NCBI GenBank assembly: GCA_023334545.1
Contig: JAADVB010000059.1
Span: forward strand, 19,524-83,523
Source of the DNA: Salisapilia sapeloensis CBS 127946
Lineage: Eukaryota; Protista; Oomycota
Reading direction: 5' to 3'
Length of the DNA: 64,000 nucleotides
Within the stretch, counting starts at the first letter, position 1. Every line of letters begins with the position of its first letter. The position numbers and the translations under genes are program-made. The notes under the pieces are model-generated. The model was not told where the DNA came from. It saw only the letters and a program-made list of their open reading frames with translations, and did not search any database. Of this stretch, positions 55,437-64,000 are shown piece after piece.

Positions 55437-58400
55437 ATGCAGTTCTTTAAACAGCTCACGGACCCGGCCCTTAAGCGCCTCTACAAGTTCGTCCTCAAGC
55501 GCATGATCGGTCGCTTCCTTGCGACAAACGAACTGGATTTGGATCAGCTTGACGTACATTTGAGAGCTGGACGGATCGAGTTGTGTGACTTGGAGCTCGA
55601 TGCCAATGTCCTCAATACAGAACTATGTGAAGCCTATGGACTGCCGTTCCGAGTCCAAAAAGGCTACTTGGGCTCTGTACGTGTTGCCATATCGTATGCG
55701 AACATCATGAGCGAAAGCTGCCTTGTGGAAGTGGATGACATTGAAATCGTACTTGCTCCACTAAGTGACGTCGAGTTCGATGCGGCATCTCGTCCTTCAC
55801 AAGAGGCGAGAAAATCAGATGAAGAAAATGAAGAAAAAAGTTCTTCCGTGTCATCTGCTTCCGCTTCTACGACGCCAGAGCCGGTGGATGACATCTCGCA
55901 AGAAGGACTAGACTTTGTCGCGAACTGGATCGAGCAAGTCACATCAAAGATCAAGGTGACGTTCTCCAACATTTGTATCTCACTTACGACTGGCACTGGA
56001 TGCGATGAAGACATTGCCTTAGCTCTCAAATTGGAATGGGCACAGGTTACAGATGAATCTGCTAGTGAAGTACAGAGTGCGTACGGTCGCAGCAGTTTAA
56101 CAGATCCTCCTGGTATGCAAGATGCACAAGGTGGTATGTTCGGTAGTTTTCAGCAACAATCGATGGCAGGTAGCACACTCTTTGGCATTTCACAGAAGGC
56201 TGTCAAGTTCCATGGCATTAGCATTGAACTAGAGTCAAGACAGAAAGATTCAGACGATTTAAATCTGTCGCATTCGATATTGACGAGTGATGCATCGAAA
56301 GCATGCTACATCCAGCTCAAGCTATCGCATTATGAAGCTGTGCAGGCTCCGACGGTGGATGCAGATGTCTTCTTACATTCCGTTCGAGCGGTGCTACAGC
56401 CTCAAGACTTTATTCCGCTGGGAAAACTCATCGACACGTATTCACAAGAGCCTAGTCAACTGCGCAAGAAGCTTGTGGATGGCGACTTTGGATCCACATC
56501 TATGTTCGACTCGGTATGCGATGGTAAGCCGCAGTGGATGGCCGGAAATGAGCAAGCTGGTGGAGATGACGAAGAAGGTGCGGTGGATCTATCGTTCAAG
56601 GAGTTTCAACGCATCGAGCAACTGCTCCAGCACTATCGTCAGACTCGAGACGAACTGCGCAAGTCTCGCGTACACACAGACGATCGAGAGGATCCTCCAT
56701 CCACTGCAGCATTCGCACGTAAGCTGTCTGCCGTAGACAGTGTTGAGAGCGTCGGATTATCTGACCTGGAGGATGAAGACGACGGATTCTTCGATGCAGA
56801 GACCGGGACGGAATCGATGCTAGGTGGAGATGCCCAGACGACGTTCATGAACGAATCCATCTACGCCTCTGCGATCAACGACGAGACGTCCAGTCAAGGT
56901 GGCTTCGGAATGTCCAAGCAAGACCGAGCATCTAAACGTCTTCAGAGTCGAGTTAAAGTCCATTTGCTTGAGTGCGACGCCATTTTACTCTACGAAGACT
57001 TGTTCGAGGATGAAGCGGAGCCGACAGAAGAAGAGAAGCCTCTCTTCCGGAAACCTCCTGTGTCTGTAAAAGGGCAGGAACGACTCATTCTGCATGGAAA
57101 AGACCTCGTATGCTCTTGTCTCATGTACCCTCGTCACGTCGCGGTGTCATGTTCCGTCGGAAGTCTCGACGTGAATGAAAAATTCCGCCCTCGAACATCA
57201 ATGAGTGACATTGAGGAAGAAGACAGTTTATTAGAAGTCAATGTTCTCGGATTTGCAGAGAAGCATCCATTGAGTGGCAAACGCGTGCACATGACCAGCG
57301 CTTTGACAGCTCAAATCCGATTGGACTTTGATGCAGACAGCGAAGCAAAGGAGACACAGTCGCTGTCGATCCAGATGAACACACGACCGGTCTTGTTGGA
57401 GTGGGACATGTACTTGCTCGATCGAGCACATAACTACATGGACCTGATGGAACAGCATGCACAGGCGAAGGCCAAGGATCCAGTGATGAAGGTTGTACAG
57501 GATTACCCAAAGACCCTGGAACTCTCAACTGATTGCGTCGAAGCGATCTTACGGTTCCCCATGGTTAGTAGTGATGCCATCCGCCATGGTCCGTCTTCCA
57601 ATCGAGGTCTGTGTGAAGATCGGATGGTCGTCTTGCTCCACAGTGTACATGTAACGTCCGATTCTTCCAACGAAAAAGAGCAATCGGATCGAAGACGTTT
57701 GGAATGGCTATCAGAATTCGATTTAGAGTTCACGACAGGTCGAGTTACTTTACTAACTCCAACGAACGGTGATCAGCGTCTACCGGTGGAAGAGTATGTG
57801 CTTTTGGATGGACGAGAAGAGACGAGTACGTCGGACAAGTGCAGACTTAAGCTCCGTCTCCAGACACCGACTCGGTCTGAGATCCAACAAGCTATGGACG
57901 CCAAGGACAGTCTGTCGCAGGATTCTAGCCAGAACATTGATAAGAATGTGTCTAGTGACTCGAATCCGACTGGAGAAGATAATGACGGTGGTCGTGTCGG
58001 TCTCAACGGATGGAATCTAGATGCTCTAGCTAGATGCCAGCACTTTGAGAAGTGTACGAGTGCTGCGTCACTCTTCTGTCTTGATATTGTAGTGCCGCAT
58101 GCGGATATCGGGATTGCTCGTCCGACACTTGCACGGTTGATGGTACTCATCGACGCTTTACTTCTCATTAATCCTCTCGATGTGAATGGGTACAATCAGT
58201 CGGTGGCGTCATCTCACGGTCGGAAGCTACCCCCATGCTACATGAGTGTCAACGTCCTCTTGCAAGATGGTACGTTGACGCTACAGGACAACATCCAAAC
58301 GTGTTCAAAGACGCAAGAGACGTTGTTCAAGTACCACTTTGCATACGAAAGCGTTCGTATCTTCCAAGTGTCACAATGGATGAGTCAGCTGACATCCAGA

Positions 58401-61400
58401 CTGCACGCGTCTGCGCAGAATGTCACATTACTAGAGGAGAATGGGGACTCAAAGGAAGTACTTCCGATCATTTACAAGACACCGTTTGGTATCTCGAGTG
58501 CGCCCATGCTCTTTGTCGGTGTCGATATTATCGATCAGACGCAAGAGATGCGAGAGATGAAGGTCGAAATGCACTTGTCCAACTTGAGTCTGCGCTATGA
58601 CGCAACGTCCAAGTGGCTTCTGCAGTTCCTCGATATGATCTTAATCGACTACCCGGCACCTATCATTCCTCTTGACAGTGGAGACGTGAGTGAGGATGAA
58701 GTGGAAAGGATTCGAAGTGAATTAGCTCGAGGCGAATGTGAAGTCGTAAAACTAGCAACGCCACCTCGCACCATCTTCACGAAACTCTTTGTCAACATGT
58801 ACGACGGCCTAGTTGACTATGCACCTCCAGACATTAGCTCTCGCGTCATTGTCGTCGTTGGCAACCTCTGCGTCTCGTCCAACGTCGTGACGGGAGCTCA
58901 GCTACAAGGATACAAGATCATCGCGAGCGATCTTCAGCTCTTTTTAACCGAAGCACGTTCCAGTTATGATGAGATCGACCGCTGCGTCTTAGGTAACGAG
59001 CTCTACTTTCCAGAAGCACAGAGCTTACAACGTGGTAACCCGCGCTTCGCCTGTGCGACTGCACGTCAGGACCTAGCACAAGTGTATCCTTCATTGCTCA
59101 TGTTTTTGGAAAAGTCTGGGTTCCTACAGCTCGCAACCATGGACTTTATCGATATTTTCCTGCGGATTAAAGTTCCTGAGACGACAGACGATGATGCAGC
59201 GTCAAGTGATTTCCCTGAGCTGTCGGTGGAACTGAATTTGGGGACTGCAAACCTTTACGTATGCTTTGATTCGTTTAATACGCTAGTGGAAGCCATTGGG
59301 AAGTTTACGGACGACTTGGCGATCGAACAAACGCCGACGGATACGACCGGGTACGTTGGTTTTGATAAAGATCAAGAACGTTCGAGTGTGTCTGTCGCGA
59401 CGAACTTGCAGGCGAGTCCGAATATCGGATCCTCGTCTTCAACATCTCCGCCTACAGGTATGCTGAAGACTGAGAGCAGGTTGTGGCGAAGCGATGTGAG
59501 TGAATCAAGGAGCGAGCGAGGCATGAGCGTAGAGGATCTATCGTCTGGACGTGATAGTGACTTGAACGTGATGCAGCAAATTGAAGAGAATGCATTTGGA
59601 GGTATGATGAATATGCCAGAGACAAAGGCCGCGACAGACACAGAGGCGAGACTCCTCCGAACTCGTTTAAATGAGATGAAGAAGCAGAAGGAACGTATGG
59701 TCGGATCGGATGTCGAGACGGAGTCATATATGACAAGTCGCATTGGTCAGCAAGAGGAAGAGAAGCCGCGTGTACGTATCAATGAGCTCGTGATCGAGAA
59801 CTACTATGCGCAAGGACAACAAGAGGATACGAATGCTGACTTCCTCATGGATTTGGAAGAGAAACGAGCTCCGGATCCATGGTTTGACAACACGAGTCAA
59901 CGAGATGGTTCGTGTGACGAAGGAAATGCCAAGTGGTTGGGCATGCACGAAGCGTCTAGTCCACACTCTGCTGCATCCTCCTCCCCGGACTTTGAAGCTG
60001 TGGACGACAATCACGAGTGGCGATCGTTCCATTCGCAGAGGCTGCTGGAAGACTCGGATGAAGAAAGCGATGTGTTTGACCCGAATGCGAACGGCAAGAG
60101 TCGATGGTGGGGACGACAGCACGAGTTTGAGTTGAGTGAACTCCAGACGGAAGAGACAGCCTCTTCTTTCTCGAGACACATGGATCAACTGGATGATGAA
60201 GGCTATCATCCGCCAGAGTCACAGGAAGCCATGTCCATGTCAATCCTTTGTTCTGGCGAGAATGAAGATGGGGAAGACGCAGAGGTTGAATTGGACTTTG
60301 AACTCGATAAGGAGCTCCAGACACAGTTTAGTCGACTGCTCAGTGACTCGGACAATGAAGATGACGACTTGAGCGACTTGTCGGACGCTCGATACCGTCA
60401 AGAGAGTGGTAAACCGTCTGTCTCTAGCTCTTCTCCTCGTAATATCCCGTCGCAATCCTTCACGTCAAGTCAAGTGGGCTCTACGACTGAGAGCTCCGTT
60501 CGTGATGAACCGACGGCTAGATGGTTTTACGATGAAGACGATAGAGAGCATGGTACACCTACAGGTCCTCCATCACGTATCTATCCGCACCATATTGAGA
60601 TTCCAATTGGAGGAGCTGGTGCATCTCTTTCGTTTGGTGAAAAGGAGATGGATGATGCCATTCGGAGTATTGCCAAGGAGAGTGCAGCAATGAAAGTAGA
60701 GACGTCTACTCCGGTCGTCGTCACGAACGTCTTACTGCGTGACTTTAACCTCTGCGTCCGGTTCTTTGGTGGATCCGACTGGATTCGATCGGAGGCGAAA
60801 AAGCAGTCGGAGGCAAAGCCACCAACGAGTCAGACTGCTACAAGCGAACGAAAGCAACCTGCGAAGAAGGAGAAACTGCTAGATGCACTATTAGATGACT
60901 ATGTCCCATCCAGCACGCATCTCTTTGAAGAAGACGATACGTTCTCAATACATACGGACACGAAGACGCAGACGAGAAAACGATCGATGAAGAGTGGACG
61001 CAAGACGGAAGAGATGCTGGAGATGAATATCTCTAGAGTTCAGCTCCGTGTCGATCGGTTTAATGAAGCCGAGTCACAGCCATTGGCATCCAGTCTGGTA
61101 CTGGCGCTTGGAGATCTAGAGCTGCTGGACTACATCTCAACGTCTCAGATACGGAAGATTATATGCTACTGGAAGAGTGATACGACACATCGACGTGAGA
61201 GTGATAGTAGTATGGTGCATGTGCACTTGATGACCGTTCGTCCTGGACAAAGTCTGTGTGAAGAGCATCGACTCAAGGTGAAACTCCTGCCTCTACGCAT
61301 CAATTTGGACCAAGAGGTCGTGGCATTCTTGCGGCAGTTTGTGCCGGAAGAAGACGCGACGTCGAGACCACGACGTCATTCTTCGTTTAATGAACAAGAT

Positions 61401-62375
61401 GTGAGTATGGAGGAAGGAACCGAGTTACCTACACGTAATGTCGGGTCAGACGTTGCGTTAGGCTCTTGGTTCTTCCAGAGCATTGACATTCGACCATGCA
61501 AAATTAAGATTGATTACCGTCCGACACACGTCAACTATAGAGCGCTGAGAGAAGGCGACTACTTGGAAGTAATTAATCTATTTGTCTTGGAAGGCATGGA
61601 ACTCGTGCTGCATCGTGTCAAGATGAGTGGCGTGGACGGATGGAAGGCGCTGGGAGATCTAGTGCTTGGCTCGTGGGTCAATGACATCTCTCGTCATCAA
61701 CTTCACAAGTGTGTCGCTAGTGTCTCTCTACCTCCTCTACGCCCGTTCGTGAATGTCGGATCGGGTGCAGCTGACTTGATCCTGCTGCCGCTGGAGCACT
61801 ATGGGAAAGACCGACGACTCGTAAGAGGGCTCAAAAAGGGAGCTCGGAGCTTTTTGCGATCGCTCACGGTGGAAACGCTGAACACTGCTTCAAAGGTGGC
61901 ACAGGGTACACAGGCATTGCTGCAGCATGCAGATGACGTTGTATCAGCGTCTTCCTCGTCTCGTAAGCGTCAGATCGCGTACCGTCAATCGGGAAGTCGC
62001 ATCAAGCGCAACTCGAAACGACTTGGCGGAGGAGGTATCCGTCAAGCTCAGGAAAGTGGTGGCGGTATCGGCAGTCGACAGTACCTGGCTCAACAACCTT
62101 CGAATGCATCGGAGGGATTGTACCAAGCGTACGATTCGTTCTCGAGAGAATTGCAGACGGCAGCAAAGACGATTGTTGCCGTACCGCTGGTAGAATACAA
62201 AAAGACTGGGTCGCAAGGGTACGCCCGGTCCGTCATTCGAGCAGTTCCCGTGGCTGTGCTTCGACCGATGATTGGCGCCACGGAAGCCATGTCCAAGGCT
62301 CTGATCGGTGCACGCAATGGCGTGGATCCAGAGTTGATGGAGGACATTCAGAACAAGTTCAAGGACTTTTCATAA
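55437..62375 (+). CDS. ATG2: Autophagy-related protein 2 (bridge-like lipid transfer protein)
   Basis: Chorein_N (KRLYKFVLKRMIGRFL...LDLDQLDV), ATG2_CAD (RLKVKLLPLRINLDQEVVAFL..F), KIDYRP and ATG_C (QPSNASEGLYQAY, RAVPVAVLRPMIGATEAMSKALIGARN). Single 2312-aa exon. Confidence 0.95.
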   Translation: MQFFKQLTDPALKRLYKFVLKRMIGRFLATNELDLDQLDVHLRAGRIELCDLELDANVLNTELCEAYGLPFRVQKGYLGSVRVAISYANIMSESCLVEVDDIEIVLAPLSDVEFDAASRPSQEARKSDEENEEKSSSVSSASASTTPEPVDDISQEGLDFVANWIEQVTSKIKVTFSNICISLTTGTGCDEDIALALKLEWAQVTDESASEVQSAYGRSSLTDPPGMQDAQGGMFGSFQQQSMAGSTLFGISQKAVKFHGISIELESRQKDSDDLNLSHSILTSDASKACYIQLKLSHYEAVQAPTVDADVFLHSVRAVLQPQDFIPLGKLIDTYSQEPSQLRKKLVDGDFGSTSMFDSVCDGKPQWMAGNEQAGGDDEEGAVDLSFKEFQRIEQLLQHYRQTRDELRKSRVHTDDREDPPSTAAFARKLSAVDSVESVGLSDLEDEDDGFFDAETGTESMLGGDAQTTFMNESIYASAINDETSSQGGFGMSKQDRASKRLQSRVKVHLLECDAILLYEDLFEDEAEPTEEEKPLFRKPPVSVKGQERLILHGKDLVCSCLMYPRHVAVSCSVGSLDVNEKFRPRTSMSDIEEEDSLLEVNVLGFAEKHPLSGKRVHMTSALTAQIRLDFDADSEAKETQSLSIQMNTRPVLLEWDMYLLDRAHNYMDLMEQHAQAKAKDPVMKVVQDYPKTLELSTDCVEAILRFPMVSSDAIRHGPSSNRGLCEDRMVVLLHSVHVTSDSSNEKEQSDRRRLEWLSEFDLEFTTGRVTLLTPTNGDQRLPVEEYVLLDGREETSTSDKCRLKLRLQTPTRSEIQQAMDAKDSLSQDSSQNIDKNVSSDSNPTGEDNDGGRVGLNGWNLDALARCQHFEKCTSAASLFCLDIVVPHADIGIARPTLARLMVLIDALLLINPLDVNGYNQSVASSHGRKLPPCYMSVNVLLQDGTLTLQDNIQTCSKTQETLFKYHFAYESVRIFQVSQWMSQLTSRLHASAQNVTLLEENGDSKEVLPIIYKTPFGISSAPMLFVGVDIIDQTQEMREMKVEMHLSNLSLRYDATSKWLLQFLDMILIDYPAPIIPLDSGDVSEDEVERIRSELARGECEVVKLATPPRTIFTKLFVNMYDGLVDYAPPDISSRVIVVVGNLCVSSNVVTGAQLQGYKIIASDLQLFLTEARSSYDEIDRCVLGNELYFPEAQSLQRGNPRFACATARQDLAQVYPSLLMFLEKSGFLQLATMDFIDIFLRIKVPETTDDDAASSDFPELSVELNLGTANLYVCFDSFNTLVEAIGKFTDDLAIEQTPTDTTGYVGFDKDQERSSVSVATNLQASPNIGSSSSTSPPTGMLKTESRLWRSDVSESRSERGMSVEDLSSGRDSDLNVMQQIEENAFGGMMNMPETKAATDTEARLLRTRLNEMKKQKERMVGSDVETESYMTSRIGQQEEEKPRVRINELVIENYYAQGQQEDTNADFLMDLEEKRAPDPWFDNTSQRDGSCDEGNAKWLGMHEASSPHSAASSSPDFEAVDDNHEWRSFHSQRLLEDSDEESDVFDPNANGKSRWWGRQHEFELSELQTEETASSFSRHMDQLDDEGYHPPESQEAMSMSILCSGENEDGEDAEVELDFELDKELQTQFSRLLSDSDNEDDDLSDLSDARYRQESGKPSVSSSSPRNIPSQSFTSSQVGSTTESSVRDEPTARWFYDEDDREHGTPTGPPSRIYPHHIEIPIGGAGASLSFGEKEMDDAIRSIAKESAAMKVETSTPVVVTNVLLRDFNLCVRFFGGSDWIRSEAKKQSEAKPPTSQTATSERKQPAKKEKLLDALLDDYVPSSTHLFEEDDTFSIHTDTKTQTRKRSMKSGRKTEEMLEMNISRVQLRVDRFNEAESQPLASSLVLALGDLELLDYISTSQIRKIICYWKSDTTHRRESDSSMVHVHLMTVRPGQSLCEEHRLKVKLLPLRINLDQEVVAFLRQFVPEEDATSRPRRHSSFNEQDVSMEEGTELPTRNVGSDVALGSWFFQSIDIRPCKIKIDYRPTHVNYRALREGDYLEVINLFVLEGMELVLHRVKMSGVDGWKALGDLVLGSWVNDISRHQLHKCVASVSLPPLRPFVNVGSGAADLILLPLEHYGKDRRLVRGLKKGARSFLRSLTVETLNTASKVAQGTQALLQHADDVVSASSSSRKRQIAYRQSGSRIKRNSKRLGGGGIRQAQESGGGIGSRQYLAQQPSNASEGLYQAYDSFSRELQTAAKTIVAVPLVEYKKTGSQGYARSVIRAVPVAVLRPMIGATEAMSKALIGARNGVDPELMEDIQNKFKDFS

Positions 62376-63102
62376 AGACTTTGCCACCAAGTCGATCGAC
62401 TTTTATATCTTTGAAAAAAAGAAATATCGATTTCATTATTGAATGTCTTGTTGCTATTCTATTCTTGCTAGTCCAGTACTCTTTAATAATTAGGAAGCGA
62501 AGCGTAGGAAAAGTTTCTGCATAACTGGTAACCTCGGATGTATTGACATTCCTTGAAGATGAAGGTTCAAGCTGCGCTAGTCAGAATCTGTCAGTGCAAA
62601 AATACACCATCGATAGATTTAATTAAAGGGTATGTCTATGAAACTTCTGTAAATTAAAATATTCATCGTCCAAGCAAAGCTCTATGGTGATGTCATCACT
62701 GGTAGCTTTGAGATGCTGATAGCAGACGATACGACTAGTCAAGTGCAGGAACGTATCTTTGACTCACCCGTTGAAAGATAAAACGCTTCGTATAAAAGAT
62801 GTTCGGGGATGGAAAGACTAGAGGGAAACAACAATGAATGTAAGCTCTATGCTTGAAACCGATGTAGCTGGATACTTGTGTGCGCCCTCTTCTAGCAAAC
62901 GGACATCAGAAGCTTACCCTTTATCATCCTCTGTCGATGGCCACATTCTCAAGTGTCTTCTCGTTCTTCTCTATTCCTGCTCAACATTGTCTCTTGACAC
63001 GATGGAACCGGAGCAAAATTTAAATCGAGCGTTTCCCGAAGTAATCGTTGAACGTATCCGGGCAACTTTTCTGGTGCTTAATCGAGTTACTCGAATCGAT
63101 CC

Positions 63103-63116
63103 TCATTCTCCAATTT
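63103..63116 (+). promoter_or_regulatory. Oomycete Inr+FPR core promoter element upstream of the CBEL-like gene
   Basis: TCATTCTCCAATTT is an exact fit to TCATTYYNCAWTTY, 44 nt upstream of the ATG at 63160. Confidence 0.75.
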
Positions 63117-63159
63117 GCCTGGATCCAGTAACCTCACCTCCCAACACTCTACAACGAGT

Positions 63160-64000
63160 ATGAAAGTCACTGCTTTCTCAGTATCCCTGCTAGCATCCTT
63201 GGGTGCTACATCCGGAGATGAAAATCCTCTCATGTGCCAAGAAGATATGGGAGGCAAGTGTGGTGACAGCAGTCAGCCTCAAGAATGGAATTGCTGTATG
63301 TCTGGATACTGCCAACCGTGGAACAGCGAGTACTATCAATGCGTCGAGAAGCCTGACAACTGCCCGATCCAAGAAACGGATATCGATTACTATGGCAATG
63401 ATATCGAGACCATCAAGGACATCTTCCCTTGGGAATGCTGCGATAAATGCAACGAAAACGATGAATGTAAAGGGTATACTTTTGTCAATGAAAACGACGA
63501 TGGCCAATCTGCGTGCTACTTGAAGTCAGCGATGACTATGCAAGCACGAGCAGAGAAGAAAGGAGCTGTCTCTGCGCATGTCAACGAAGAAGGAAGTTGC
63601 GTTAGCCCTGGCCAGGTCTGTGGAGATGCGACGGATCAACTCTGTTGCGAAGCGTCTAGCGTTTGCACACCATGGACTACCGGAACATATCGATGCATCG
63701 ATATTCCTATGGACTGCCCAGACCAAGAGCCAGACATCGATTACTATGGAAACGATCTAGAGACCGTTAAAGGTGTCTTGCCCTGGGTGTGCTGTGATAT
63801 GTGCAATGCTGACGAACACTGTGCCGGATACACATTTGTGGCTGACAACGACGATGGACTATCGGCTTGCTACCTCAAGACGGCCATGACCGACGAGTCT
63901 CGCGTTGAGAAGCAAGGAGCTGTGTCGGCCGTCGTGCGCAATGAGCCGAGCTCAGGCTGCGACCAAGCCGTCGGCGACTCGTGTGGTAACTCGGACGGCA
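63160..64000 (+). CDS. CBEL-like secreted protein with tandem CBM1-like + PAN/Apple units; runs off the window end (absent from the ORF track because it has no stop)
   Basis: MKVTAFSVSLLASLGATSG signal; CG..CC..GYCQPWNSEYYQC (CBM1-like); DIDYYGNDI...ECCDKC...CKGYTFV...CYLKS (PAN). A second full unit and the start of a third follow. Confidence 0.88.
   Translation, partial: MKVTAFSVSLLASLGATSGDENPLMCQEDMGGKCGDSSQPQEWNCCMSGYCQPWNSEYYQCVEKPDNCPIQETDIDYYGNDIETIKDIFPWECCDKCNENDECKGYTFVNENDDGQSACYLKSAMTMQARAEKKGAVSAHVNEEGSCVSPGQVCGDATDQLCCEASSVCTPWTTGTYRCIDIPMDCPDQEPDIDYYGNDLETVKGVLPWVCCDMCNADEHCAGYTFVADNDDGLSACYLKTAMTDESRVEKQGAVSAVVRNEPSSGCDQAVGDSCGNSDG

Noticed and set aside
62834-63163. 109-aa ORF upstream of the CBEL-like gene
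   Set aside because: It runs through the CBEL Inr+FPR promoter and overlaps its ATG; no homology cues.
1-64000. Dozens of 60-210 aa ORFs overlapping long genes (e.g. 28188-28823, 5116-5568, 20349-20891, 32145-32702, 63203-63523)
   Set aside because: Antisense or off-frame shadows of confidently identified genes, with no family motifs; expected from codon bias.
1-64000. Prokaryotic features: CRISPR arrays, operons, IS elements, defence islands
   Set aside because: No spaced direct repeats, TIRs or transposase/RT/integrase motifs seen; spliceosomal introns and eukaryotic genes throughout.

Overview
Eukaryotic, extremely gene-dense genomic DNA, almost certainly from an oomycete. Evidence: short (about 50-100 nt) GT-AG introns with GTACGT/GTAAGT-type donors, two perfect oomycete Inr+FPR core-promoter elements, a CBEL-type CBM1-PAN protein, a Cx4Cx10CxxHGGG-repeat protein, a type-II GH5 glucanase and an HDEL-ended PDI. 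I count about 30 protein-coding genes and one probable box C/D snoRNA. There are no transposons, CRISPR arrays, tRNA or rRNA genes that I can support. Recognisable genes include TOP2, ATG2, FIGNL1, RRP43, PAAF1, eIF2B-gamma, IFT46, COA5/PET191, a STIMATE-like protein, betaine-aldehyde dehydrogenase and a ModF-like ABC ATPase. Manual exon reconstruction shows several architectures that the ORF track hides: (1) a 9-exon MGxxxS EF-hand-like + PH + hydrophobic hairpin + EDR2_C protein, whose last intron, if retained, gives a stand-alone 196-aa EF-hand-like protein; (2) a SUMO-like domain fused to a SPOP-type BTB/BACK module; (3) a ~1950-aa secreted protein whose GH43_24-like propeller appears split by an EF-hand array; (4) a stand-alone secreted Mid1/NALF-like Cys-rich domain; (5) two atypical secretory-pathway kinases (CotH-like, with degenerate catalytic motifs, and PKDCC/POMK-like) in the same ~6 kb as an SLC35 transporter; (6) a candidate ATRIP orthologue. 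All family assignments come from motif recognition by eye; no database searches were run.
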